Of a stretch of DNA of 64,000 nucleotides, positions 47,977 to 57,602 are shown one piece after another. Source of the stretch: Bacillota bacterium. Lineage in GTDB: Bacteria; Bacillota; Clostridia; Christensenellales; Aristaeellaceae. The notes beneath the pieces were generated by a model that saw only the letters and a program-made list of their open reading frames with translations, did no database searches and had not been told where the DNA came from. The stretch spans positions 8,172 to 72,171 of the forward strand of contig JAFADG010000045.1 in assembly GCA_023425025.1 (NCBI GenBank). The letters are read 5' to 3'. The first letter of the stretch is position 1; each line of letters begins with the position of its first letter. The translations under genes and the position numbers were made by a program.

Positions 47977-49910
47977 TCATCGCACCGCCGCGAACCCCGC
48001 AGCCCGCATTGCTTGCTGGCCCTCGTCGGAAAGCAGCCAATCTGCAAGCTGCCTGGCTGGATGCTCCATGGGCAAGCCCTTTCTCAGTACGGCGTAATAG
48101 GTCACGCTCAGCGGATAGGAACCGTCGAAAACCGTCTGGTAGGTGGGGCGATACCATCTATCGCAAGCTTCCGCAGCCACTGCCCTTCTCCATCGCCCCA
48201 TAGCTCCGCCCGCTGGATGGCGATCAAGCCCTCCAGTCCCTTACGCTCAAGCACAGACAGTCTTTCCCTATCGCCCTCTGTCAGTATTCGGCCTTCTTCA
48301 TCATAAAAGATAAATTTGTTGAACATGCGCCTAGCCGTTGTTCCCATATAGGGAGCCAAGGCTTCCATGGACTGATCCTTCCCGCCAACCTCCTCCCAGG
48401 AGGTAATGCTTCCGCAATAAATATCCTCCAGCTGCTCTATGGTCAAGGCCTTAACTGAATTTTCAATGCGGCCGATGAAGACCAGCGCATCCCTGGCGAT
48501 GGGAATGAACTCAAAGTCCTCCCAAGTGCCTTTTTCTCCCTCAAAGGCTTCCTCCGCCTCTTCGTCAGCCTGTTGCACCGCCTTGTTCCCGGCCCATTGC
48601 TCCATGGCGCCTTCGCGGCCTGTGGTGACCAAGGCCAGATCAATGTCGCCTTTTAAAAGGCGGTCCAGGGCATTCCCCTCCCAGTCATTGGAAACGCGCA
48701 AGGCGGCTTCCTCCTGGCTGATGCCCAGCTGCCTGGCCTGAAAAGGCACCGTGAGCTGTATGAGCGCGGCATTGCCGTCGGCGCGGTTGCCGATATCCAT
48801 TATCCGCCGGCCGGTGTGCAGATCAAAACTGCCATCAAACACTGTCATAGTGTAATCGGGCGTAGGCACCTGAAGCCATACATGCAGTGTCTGCCCGCGG
48901 CACGCAATGGAAGGCGTGATCTGATAGTAGCCAAAGCCGCTGTCATCGATCGCGTTGGGTATGCGCATCTCCCGGAAGGACGCAGCCATCTGTACAAGAA
49001 CCTGGTTGATTTTCTTTTCCGCCTCCGGGCAGCGGCCCTGATCAATGGAAATTTGGGGTGCGAAGAACGTGAAATCCTGCCACTTTTCCGGCGTAAGCGT
49101 CACGTCGACCACGCATTCGCCGTAGGGGCTTGCCCAGTGGGTCAGGGGCACGCCTACAAAGCAATAGTCTTTCTCCGGGCCAAATCCGGCGTTCATCATC
49201 GGCGTCTGCCAGTAAGGATTGGCACCGGTCCATAAAAGCTGCAGCATCACCGGCAGCGGGTCATCGATTTCATACACGCAGGAGGGGTAGATAACGCCGA
49301 AGTAGGGGTAATCCCGCGCAAGGCCGGCAAAGGGGCGCTTGAACATTTCCTCGATGGGCCCATTGTCATTCCAGTAGGTGTGGTAGCACTGATCCGGCTT
49401 TTGCGTAAGGAAAGTATTGATGTAGTCAATGTAGTTGAAGCCGTCGTAAAAGAGATCCGAAAGCGTAAGCTGCTCGCCGGCCGCCAGGTCGAACACCGCA
49501 CAAGGTACTTCGCCATTCTCGGAACCGCGTTCCCAGCGAACGCTCAGCAGGCGGCCCACGATATTTTCTTCAAATTCGGCCTCAGCCTGCGGGTCATCTT
49601 TCCGCAATTGCCAAACCCGGATGGCGTCTTGTTTCCAGTTATCTACGATCTCCTGCATGTGCTGGCGCTCGGGGTCATTCAAATCGTCCTGCGACCACCA
49701 CTGCTCATACGTTAGATGGCTGCCCGGCACAAAGGATTCCCCCAACAGCGGCCGGGCGCCGCCGGTGCCGCTGGACTGATGGACGGCCTCCTTGTCGGCG
49801 GGGATGTAGGCGTAGTCCCTTGGCGGAAAAAACTTCTCTTCCCCCGCGGCGTAGGATGCGGCAGCCATGAAAAGCAGGAGCAGGCAGATGCAGCTTGCGA
49901 TTCTCCTCAT
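47977..49910 (-). pseudogene. secreted protein with an N-terminal unknown domain and a C-terminal PstS-like periplasmic-binding domain, interrupted by a 1-nt frameshift
   Basis: The 600-aa frame ends ...LAIDGIAPPTRRFSTVPIR*. A second frame continues YQTVFDGSYPLSVTYYAVLRKGLP...LADWLLSDEGQQAMRAAGFAAVR. This matches the C-terminus of the neighbouring paralogue (LLAVDGVQPTAKTIIDHSYPFFTYYYAVLRR...LVDWLLTDEGQKLVQDAGYIPLR). The shift maps to the G4/C4 run at 48145-48148. Confidence 0.75.
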
Positions 49911-50842
49911 TTTGACACCTCGAGGCCGCGCAGGGGGATATATCCGGCATCCTGGACGAGCTTCTGCCCTTCATCGGTCAGCAGCCAGTCCACCAGCTCG
50001 CGGTAGGGGCTGTCTGCCGGCGTGTCACGGCGCAGGACCGCGTAATAGTAGGTGAAAAAGGGATAGCTGTGATCGATGATGGTCTTGGCCGTGGGCTGAA
50101 CGCCGTCGACGGCCAGCAGGCGGATGCTGTCGTTTCCGTACATGTCGGTAATGTAATAGTAGACCGAATACCCCAGGGAACGCTTGCCGTTTTCAAAGTT
50201 GGATACCTCATCCACCAGCAGGCCCATGGAGGTGGGCCGGTGGGCTGTTGGCGGAACCATGGGCTGCACCTTGCCCATAAGAAGTTGTTCAAAGAGCGTC
50301 TGGCTCCCTGAGCGGGCCGGGCGTTGGAAGGGAAGGATCAGTTCATCCTCTCCGCCGACCTCTTTCCAGGAGGCAGTCTTTCCCGTGTAGATGTTAAGCA
50401 GCTGCTGGGTTGTAAGGCTTGTGACCGGGTTGCGCACGTTGTTTAAAAACACCAGCGCATCGTGGGCCACCGGAATGAATTCCAGCTCCACCTCAAATTC
50501 CTTTGCGCTTTCCAGTTCATATTCCGAGGGGGCTGTCACAAAGATCAGCTCCGCGCCTTCTTCATAATCTCCATAACCATTTATGAGGCTATCGTAGGCC
50601 AGAGAGGTGGTGTTATGGTGAATCAGCTGGGAAGCCTGCTCCTGCGTGATGCCCAAGCGTTTGGCCGCGATGGCCTCCGAAAGGGGAATGGTGGCGGTGG
50701 AGCCATCTATGGCAGAGTAGAAATGCTTATCCTCTTCGCTGAGCATATCCTGCCGATCCTTCTCCGCCCACGCCGCCGGGTTCAGGGCGCATATCATCAG
50801 GCAGAGTAACAGACACATCAGCCGCTTCATCATTTTCACCAT
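49907..50842 (-). CDS. secreted PstS-like (PBP type 2) substrate-binding protein
   Basis: Signal peptide MKRLMCLLLCLMICALNPAAWA. PBP blocks FIPVAHDALVF and RPARSGSQTLFEQL. No pstCAB genes nearby. Confidence 0.7.
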   Translation of the reverse strand: MVKMMKRLMCLLLCLMICALNPAAWAEKDRQDMLSEEDKHFYSAIDGSTATIPLSEAIAAKRLGITQEQASQLIHHNTTSLAYDSLINGYGDYEEGAELIFVTAPSEYELESAKEFEVELEFIPVAHDALVFLNNVRNPVTSLTTQQLLNIYTGKTASWKEVGGEDELILPFQRPARSGSQTLFEQLLMGKVQPMVPPTAHRPTSMGLLVDEVSNFENGKRSLGYSVYYYITDMYGNDSIRLLAVDGVQPTAKTIIDHSYPFFTYYYAVLRRDTPADSPYRELVDWLLTDEGQKLVQDAGYIPLRGLEVSK

Positions 50843-50872
50843 CCTTTTTCTCAGTTGGGCCGGCTTGGCCGG

Positions 50873-52753
50873 TCACCCCATGTTCTTTTGCTGGATTTCC
50901 TTCAAAAACACCTGTCCGTACCGCGCTGCCTTGATCTCGCCAACGCCGGTTACCTGCAGGAATTCCGCCATGTTCCGGGGCTGCCTGGCGGCCATATCCG
51001 CAAGGGCGGCGTTGGAAAAAATGATGTAGGCCGGTACGTTTTCCGCATGCGCCAGTTTGGTGCGCAGCGCTTTCAGCGCGGTAAGCATGCCGCCCTCCGC
51101 CTGCGCCGGCAGGGCCTTGTATTCCTTTTTCGAAGGAACGGCCTTTTCGAGAGGACTTTGCTTTGGGCAGGCGTACAGTACCTTTTCCCCATGGAAAAGC
51201 ACCTGCCTTGCCCGCTCGGTCGTGCGCAGCACCGGGAATTCATCGCCTGTCAATATCAGATAGTCCTCGCGTATAAGACAGTCGATATAGTCCCTGATTT
51301 TGGTGCGGTCCATATCGCGCAGGATGCCATAGGTCGGCAAACTGTCAAGATCCAGCTGCATGACCCGCTGATCCCTGCTGCCGTGCAGCATGCGTACAAT
51401 CAGTGTCAGGCCAAGGCCGGATGCGTATTTTCTCTCTACCCGGGTAACGGAGGAGAGTATTTTTTGCGCCGCCACGGTAATGTCGTCAAGCACCACTTCC
51501 CCGGTGCAGTTTCCGCAATTGCCGCAATTGGAAGGGGCGTTCTCGCCAAAGTAATTCATAAGATGGGCGCGCAGGCAGCCGGTGGTCTTGCAGTAGGCGG
51601 CCATTTGGTCCAACCGCTGCAGGTCCCTTTTTCGGACAAGCTCTCGTTCCTCCTCGGAAAGGGCCTCGTTTTCCTCGGCATTGTTGATAAGAAACTTTGC
51701 CGTTTGTATATCGCCGGCGGAAAAGAGCAGCGCGCAATGGGCCTTTTCCCCGTCGCGTCCGGCGCGGCCCGCCTCCTGATAGTAGCTTTCGATATTTTTT
51801 GGCATGTTGTAATGCACCACAAAGCTGACGTTGGATTTGTCAATCCCCATGCCAAAGGCATTGGTGGCGACCATAATCCTCGCTCTGTCGTAGACGAAAT
51901 CCTCCTGGTTTTGCTTGCGCTCCGCGTCATTCAGCCCGGCGTGATACCGCGTGGCGGCAAGGCCGTTTCGCCGCAGTTTGTCGCAAACCGATTCCACCGT
52001 TTTTCGGGTGGCGCAGTAGACAATGCCGTTTTGGCCCGGCCGTTCGGCAAGAAAGGCTTGCAAGCAGGCATCCTTGCTATGGGGACGTATCACCTCAAAA
52101 GAAAGATTGGGCCGGTCAAAGCCCGTGGTGACGCGCAGGGGATTTCGCAGCAGAAGGAGCCTTTCCATGTCGGCTTTTACTGCGGCGGTGGCGGTGGCGG
52201 TGAAAGCACCCACCACCGGCCGCCTGGAAAGAGAACTCGCAAACTCCGCGATCTTCAAATAGCTGGGGCGAAAATCCTGCCCCCACTGGGAAACGCAGTG
52301 GGCCTCGTCTACTGCCAGAAGCGATATTTCCGTTTCTCCGGCAAACCGCAAAAAATCCGCGGTAGTCAGCCGCTCCGGCGCCACATAGATGATTTTGTAG
52401 GCGCCGTTTTTGGCGCGCCGGAGCACCTCGCGGTTTTGCTCCGGCGTGAGGGAGGAATTGATATAGGCGGAAGAAATGCCGGCTTGGGACAGCGCGGTCA
52501 CCTGATCCTTCATCAGGGAAATCAGGGGCGAAACAACCAGCGTAAGCCCCGGCAGCAGCAGCGCCGGCAGCTGATAGCAAATGGATTTGCCCGCCCCGGT
52601 GGGCATGACGCCCAGCACATCCCGGCCGGACAGCAGCGCGTCAATCAGCGCCTCCTGCCCCGGCCGAAACTGGCTGTGGCCAAAATACCGCTTGAGCGGC
52701 GCGAATTTATCTATGGTAAACACCAGCCTTGTCTGTAAAAATACTTGTATCAA
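50873..52753 (-). CDS. recQ: ATP-dependent DNA helicase RecQ
   Basis: FGHSQFRPGQEALI, PTGAGKS, DEAH box AVDEAHCVSQWGQDFRP, Zn-binding Cys cluster, and C-terminal HRDC. The start is a TTG at 52753 or a GTG at 52723. Confidence 0.93.
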   Translation of the reverse strand: MIQVFLQTRLVFTIDKFAPLKRYFGHSQFRPGQEALIDALLSGRDVLGVMPTGAGKSICYQLPALLLPGLTLVVSPLISLMKDQVTALSQAGISSAYINSSLTPEQNREVLRRAKNGAYKIIYVAPERLTTADFLRFAGETEISLLAVDEAHCVSQWGQDFRPSYLKIAEFASSLSRRPVVGAFTATATAAVKADMERLLLLRNPLRVTTGFDRPNLSFEVIRPHSKDACLQAFLAERPGQNGIVYCATRKTVESVCDKLRRNGLAATRYHAGLNDAERKQNQEDFVYDRARIMVATNAFGMGIDKSNVSFVVHYNMPKNIESYYQEAGRAGRDGEKAHCALLFSAGDIQTAKFLINNAEENEALSEEERELVRKRDLQRLDQMAAYCKTTGCLRAHLMNYFGENAPSNCGNCGNCTGEVVLDDITVAAQKILSSVTRVERKYASGLGLTLIVRMLHGSRDQRVMQLDLDSLPTYGILRDMDRTKIRDYIDCLIREDYLILTGDEFPVLRTTERARQVLFHGEKVLYACPKQSPLEKAVPSKKEYKALPAQAEGGMLTALKALRTKLAHAENVPAYIIFSNAALADMAARQPRNMAEFLQVTGVGEIKAARYGQVFLKEIQQKNMG

Positions 52754-53223
52754 AAGTGGATTTCTTTTTCGTATTTTGTCGTTACGCCTAAAAAGGCAAG
52801 CGGCTTCTCATTGTGGCTATAAAACCCAATAAAACCTTCATACAAATTATACCGCATGGTTACTGAAAAAACCACATGTACCAAAATCAGGACCGCCGCG
52901 GCCGTACTTCCTTGATGCGTTATTTTTGTAAAGCCCCAAAAAATGACGTTATATACAGCGTGTGCATTTTGGCATACTGCTTGATACGATGCCTTTGCGG
53001 CAACCTTATTGTGCTTGCTTTTACCGCCATTTTTGCTGCCAATTGCATCAAAACGGACGGTAAAAATCCGTTATAGGGTTATAAAACAATAATGCGATAT
53101 TTCCAGACAAACAGACGGATGGGGCTGGCAGTTTCTGCCCTCCCCCTTGTTTTTTGAGTGTTTTTTTGTATGATAAAAAACAGTACACATGGCAATCATG
53201 CATTGCCAAGAAAGGCAATATGG

Positions 53224-54381
53224 ATGAGATACCGTTTGTTAATAATCGTTTGCTTTTCCTTTTGTGTCATTTTTTTGATGGCAAATACCATGACGGCACT
53301 GGCGCAAACCACCCCGGCCGCTGCAGCCGGGCCGGTCCTTGAGCTGAAGGTCAGCACGGCCAAGCAGAGCTACAGCGCGGGCGAAACAGTGAAAATGACC
53401 GCCGTGATCACTGGCACGGACTATAAAAACACGAAATTTTTTATCCAAAAAATTGGCGGATCCGGCGCCGGTATTGTGTATGAAGGCGCAGCGAAAACGG
53501 GAAAAACAATAAGCGACAGCTGGAATACGAAGGATGCGGCCCCCGGCACCTATGAGGTGGTTGCCATCGTTTACGGGGAAGGCGGCGCCGAGCTGCAAAT
53601 CGCCGGCAGCACATTCCGGCTGACCGTGCCGGTAACGGGTCTGGAACTGAACAATACCGAACTGTCGCTTGAAAAAGACGGCACGTTCCAGCTGACGGCG
53701 GAGGTCACACCCAAAGAGGCCAACCAGGCCGTCAGCTATCAAACCAGCGATTCTTCGGTGGCAGAGGTAGACGAAAATGGCTTGATCACAGCCAAGAAGG
53801 CCGGCACGGCGGCCATCACTGCCACGGCGGAGGATGGGGGCAAGAAAGTCAAGTGTACTGTAACGGTCACGCAATATACGTATAACGTCAACAAGCTCGT
53901 AAGTGCCGCGGTCAAGTACCTGGGCACCATCGAAGACCCGCCGGACAGCAACCTGATCTCCTTCAACGACTGGTACTTTGGGAAAACAGGCATGGCGGTG
54001 CCATGGTGCGGCGTATTTGTCACAAAAGTCATTTCCGACGCCGGGATGATGGGATCGACATGGGGCAGCCTGAACACCGCCCGGAAATCCGTCGCTGAGG
54101 GAGTGCGCAACTACCATACGCTGGCAAAGAGGCAAAGCCGTTGGATTACAAGCGGGTACAAGCGCGGCGACATCGTTTTGTTTGACTGGCAAAGCAATGG
54201 GGATTACGACCACATCGGGATCATCGAACGCGTAAGCGCGGATGGCAAGACGATCACCACCATCGAGGGCAACACATCCGACCCCGAGGGGATACAAATA
54301 GGCGACGTGGGCGTGTACCGCAAGTGGAGACCCGTAGACGGGCAAGTGCTCGGGGCGTACCGCCCGCCGTATGAGAAGTAG
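53224..54381 (+). CDS. secreted cell-wall hydrolase: signal peptide + Ig-like region + Big_2 domain + C-terminal CHAP domain
   Basis: MRYRLLIIVCFSFCVIFLMANTMTALA. Big_2 block VTGLELNNTELSLEKDGTFQLTAEVTPKEANQAVSYQTSDSSVAEV. CHAP Cys (VPWCGVFV) and His (DHIGIIE). Confidence 0.8.
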   Translation: MRYRLLIIVCFSFCVIFLMANTMTALAQTTPAAAAGPVLELKVSTAKQSYSAGETVKMTAVITGTDYKNTKFFIQKIGGSGAGIVYEGAAKTGKTISDSWNTKDAAPGTYEVVAIVYGEGGAELQIAGSTFRLTVPVTGLELNNTELSLEKDGTFQLTAEVTPKEANQAVSYQTSDSSVAEVDENGLITAKKAGTAAITATAEDGGKKVKCTVTVTQYTYNVNKLVSAAVKYLGTIEDPPDSNLISFNDWYFGKTGMAVPWCGVFVTKVISDAGMMGSTWGSLNTARKSVAEGVRNYHTLAKRQSRWITSGYKRGDIVLFDWQSNGDYDHIGIIERVSADGKTITTIEGNTSDPEGIQIGDVGVYRKWRPVDGQVLGAYRPPYEK

Positions 54382-54851
54382 CGGGGGCAGACTTCAGCCG
54401 CCTTTGCAATATGCGGCAATGGCCATAGGATCGGTTTGCTTTGGCTGCTCCATTTCCGGTTCACGTTCATCATGTCCCCCTGCAAGCGTCGCCGCCGCGG
54501 CCGCCCACTAATCATACATGACCTGAAGCTCGTTCCCCAGCGCCGCTTTTTCTGCGGGCACCTCATTGCGCCGTATAAAACCGCTCACGCGTACGGGCTG
54601 AATGATTCCGAACTGCCCAGCCGCGTTCAAAACATATACCAGACGAAGCGCGATGCGGATATCATTTCAGATATCAAGAAGATGTGGAATGGCGCGCCGA
54701 CAGCAGCGCAGCATCGGTGGTTGGGAACCGACTTAAGCAAGGGGACCATACAGGCGCCCTTTTTTACTGCCATTTTTACTATTGATTGCATTAGATTCAG
54801 TACTATAACGCAAAAAAGATATATTAATATAATAAAAACGATGACATGAAA

Positions 54852-54892
54852 AGCCCGAAAACCCTTTTCTTATAAGGGGTTTCGGGCTTTTT
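54852..54892 (+). terminator. strong intrinsic terminator in the AT-rich gap
   Basis: AGCCCGAAA...TTTCGGGCT stem with inner CCC/GGG pairs, followed by TTTTTCC. Confidence 0.65.
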
Positions 54893-55307
54893 CCTTGTGT
54901 AATGGCGCAAAAGGTGATACAAATAAACGATTGCCAAGGCTATCATTTCAAAGTATGGAACTATCGTGTAGTAGTATCTGAATATCCCTTATACACAAAA
55001 GTAAGGACCCTTTGCTCATCATAGCGTCACTAAGCCCCATGTTTGTTTTCCGGCTTTCCAGTACGGAATCACTCTTTTGCCGCTTTCCAGCGGTAGATAG
55101 CGTTTATCCGGTGGCTTCGTACAAATGCGCCATAATAAATCAATTCAACAATTCACATTTTGCTTATATAATGTTTGCCTTCATCCAAGCCGGAAGTCAT
55201 GATGTGCGGGAAATGGAGGAGGGGCTCCGCCTCACCTGCGTTAGGCCGGGTTACCACAAGGCACCATGGCTCTTGACCTATATTGAGTGGAAATAATTAC
55301 ACCATAT

Positions 55308-55336
55308 TTGACATGAAATACAGCTTGTGCTACAAT
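55308..55336 (+). promoter_or_regulatory. near-consensus orphan promoter
   Basis: TTGACA (55308-55313), a 17-nt spacer, then TGc TACAAT (55331-55336). Confidence 0.6.
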
Positions 55337-55342
55337 GGCATT

Positions 55343-55711
55343 GAGCCAAGGGAAGGGATCCATCAAAGAAAGATGGCTCAAAAGGAGGGCGATTTGCTGA
55401 AGACGGATGAAACCATATCACAATCTGTTGCTTGCTTCGCCCGTTTCGGTGAATACTGACAATCACTTGACACCAGGAACCTTTGTTCTGATGCAACGGA
55501 AAAGTACCTGACCTAACGGAAGGGATATTGCCGGAATCATCAAACCATGATTTGTGCATTTCAGACGGTTCATCCCCATAATGGGGAACGCTGATTGATT
55601 CCGGGCGGGGCAAGCAGGCCCATCGGCGGGAATTATCATGTGAAAACCCAAGCAGCCTGAAAACCGAATAGAACCTTACAGCCCGCCGGCCACAATGTCG
55701 GCGGGCCTTTT
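55343..55711 (+). ncRNA. candidate non-coding RNA or micropeptide transcript (class unknown)
   Basis: Bounded by the promoter above and the terminator at 55681-55711. No ORF of 60 aa or more on this strand. Local stems include TTGAGCCA/TGGCTCAA (55341-55380) and TCCCCAtaaTGGGGA. The only ORF with a ribosome-binding site is 21-28 codons (55373/55394-55459). Confidence 0.3.
55681..55711 (+). terminator. terminator shared by the candidate RNA (+) and the 3' end of the kinase gene (-)
   Basis: GCCCGCCG / CGGCGGGC stem with a 10-nt loop and CTTTTG on the plus strand. 12 nt from the kinase stop. Confidence 0.55.
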
Positions 55712-55722
55712 GCACGCCGACA

Positions 55723-57441
55723 CTAATAATAAACACTGATGATCACGCAAAGCCCGCAAGCCGGATTCATTTCCAACCGCAGCCCGCTTCTTTCCCCATA
55801 CCGCAGTTTGATTCGGCTATTGACATTGAAAAGACCAATGTTTGCTTGCTCTGCCGCAGCCACTTCCTTGTGCTCCATCTTTTGATTGAGCGCATCCAGC
55901 TGCTCTTTTTCCATGCCGCAGCCGTTGTCACTGACCATGATGGTCAAAAGATCTTTTGAAAAATCCGCGCTTACCCAAACGATGCCTCTTTCCTTGCGCC
56001 CGCGATCAAAGCCATGCTGAATGGCGTTTTCCACGACTGGTTCCAAAATCATTCTTGGCACATGCAGCGCTAAAAGATCCTCCGGAACAGCAATTTCTAT
56101 TTCATAGGCCTCGTCGTATCGCAGCTTGATAATTTGATTATACGTTCGTACACACTCCAGTTCTTCTTCCAGGGTGCCCTCGTTTTTATCCACGCAATAC
56201 CGGTACAGCTTTGCCAGAAGCATAGCCATTTCTCTTGTCCGCGGCGCCTGTTCCTCGGTAGACATGCCGCAGATGCACTCCAGCATGTTATATAAAAAAT
56301 GGGGATTGATCTGCGCCTGCAAAAACATGTTTCGGGCGCGAAGGTGCTCGACCTCCGCTTGTACAAGGCTCAGTTTTGTCCGGCTCATTTCCTGTCCCAG
56401 TTGAGTCGTACGTTCAATCATGGCGTTGATGCCATGGGCCAATTCCCGCAGCTCGTTCTTTCCCTGTACAGGGTTGATGATCTGCCCGTTTTCAATGCGG
56501 ATGGCTAGGGTTTGGGCGTGAATGCTGCTAATGGGGTGAAGGATGCCGGCATAGATGAGCAACGCAAGAATGAACTCACTTAGAATGAAAATGCCAAGAT
56601 AAATGCTGCCCCAACCAATGAAGGAATTGGTGGAACGGATAAACTCTGCCTGCGGATATGCCAGGGTGATGTCCCAATCGAGCGCACGAAGCCCTGTTGT
56701 CTCCAGCCTGTATGTCATGCCGCCGATTTCTGCCTTGCTGCCGGCGGCGTTTATGAAATTCTCCGCCGCCATGCCTGCCAATTGATTGGAAGCAATGACG
56801 GCTTTTCCGCTTGCAATCACATAAGGGTATTGCGCAAAGCGCAGGTCTGACAGAAGATCGGAAATAGAGGAAAAGGATACACACAGCCCCTCTGCTCCCG
56901 AAACCGGCACAGCTAGCGCCAAGACAAAATCGCTTGCCTCCGCCGGCATCAGCGGCAGGCTGATAAAGCTTGCCGGCGGCTTTTCCTTCAGAGAATGAAC
57001 CACGCCGCGCCGGGCTACGTAATTGCCAATGGATAATCCCCTGCCCAATTGCGATTCGGTGATTTGCCCCTGGTTTGTGACAACGCATACGTTGGCCATT
57101 TGCGGTATGTAGCGTAGGATATCGTTCAGTGTGGAAACAACCATATCCGCGTTGGAAAACTTATAGGCACTGTCGCCATGCAGGTATGTTTTGATCTCCG
57201 TCTTGTTCGCCAGTATGTACAGAGCGCTGCGCATGTTGGACAAAGAATCTTCCATGGCGGAAAGCTCATCTCTGGCATATTGCCGGACGCTTTGGGCGGC
57301 TGCCTCCTCCAACTGATTGGCCGCCATCCATTCCGTAGAAACAACGGCAGCGGCTGTCAGCAAAATAGAAGCTACCAAAAAAACGATCAGCATCTTTTTC
57401 AGCGACCAATTTATAAAGAAACCTTCCCGTCGGATATTCAC
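55723..57441 (-). CDS. sensor histidine kinase, YesM/LytS-type (two TM helices, HAMP, His_kinase, HATPase)
   Basis: FLQAQINPHFLYNMLECI and VSDNGCGM. The GTG at 57441 is 6 nt after AGGAGGAG. Confidence 0.88.
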   Translation of the reverse strand: MNIRREGFFINWSLKKMLIVFLVASILLTAAAVVSTEWMAANQLEEAAAQSVRQYARDELSAMEDSLSNMRSALYILANKTEIKTYLHGDSAYKFSNADMVVSTLNDILRYIPQMANVCVVTNQGQITESQLGRGLSIGNYVARRGVVHSLKEKPPASFISLPLMPAEASDFVLALAVPVSGAEGLCVSFSSISDLLSDLRFAQYPYVIASGKAVIASNQLAGMAAENFINAAGSKAEIGGMTYRLETTGLRALDWDITLAYPQAEFIRSTNSFIGWGSIYLGIFILSEFILALLIYAGILHPISSIHAQTLAIRIENGQIINPVQGKNELRELAHGINAMIERTTQLGQEMSRTKLSLVQAEVEHLRARNMFLQAQINPHFLYNMLECICGMSTEEQAPRTREMAMLLAKLYRYCVDKNEGTLEEELECVRTYNQIIKLRYDEAYEIEIAVPEDLLALHVPRMILEPVVENAIQHGFDRGRKERGIVWVSADFSKDLLTIMVSDNGCGMEKEQLDALNQKMEHKEVAAAEQANIGLFNVNSRIKLRYGERSGLRLEMNPACGLCVIISVYY

Positions 57442-57602
57442 ATCGCACTCCTCCTACAATCGTTTCTACTATAACAAAGATGGCATCTCTGGTCTATAAG
57501 TTCCCATATCACCCGAAATTATTGGAACAGAAGCCGAAGAAATCCGTCACAGGTTTTCGTGGGCACATGCTATCATGAAAAAAAGAACAAGGGAGCTGAC
57601 AT

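Noticed and set aside
50855-52738. 627-aa plus-strand ORF opposite recQ
   Set aside because: It covers recQ almost exactly on the other strand. It is Arg/Gly/His/Pro-rich with no motif, while RecQ helicase motifs are unambiguous on the minus strand.
52760-53160. Short ORFs (42-66 aa) in the AT-rich recQ/CHAP spacer
   Set aside because: They have no ribosome-binding sites and implausible composition. The region more likely holds the divergent promoters.
54436-54849. 137-aa plus-strand ORF ending just before the strong terminator
   Set aside because: Composition is odd (Arg/Cys/Phe-rich N-terminus, AT-rich tail), there is no ribosome-binding site, and I recognise no motif. I cannot exclude that a shorter C-terminal piece is translated, so the region is reported only as a decayed gap.
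55278-55736. 152-aa minus-strand ORF across the candidate RNA locus
   Set aside because: Ser/Arg/Cys/Trp-rich sequence that does not look like a protein. It would start inside the kinase terminator and run antisense to a consensus promoter.
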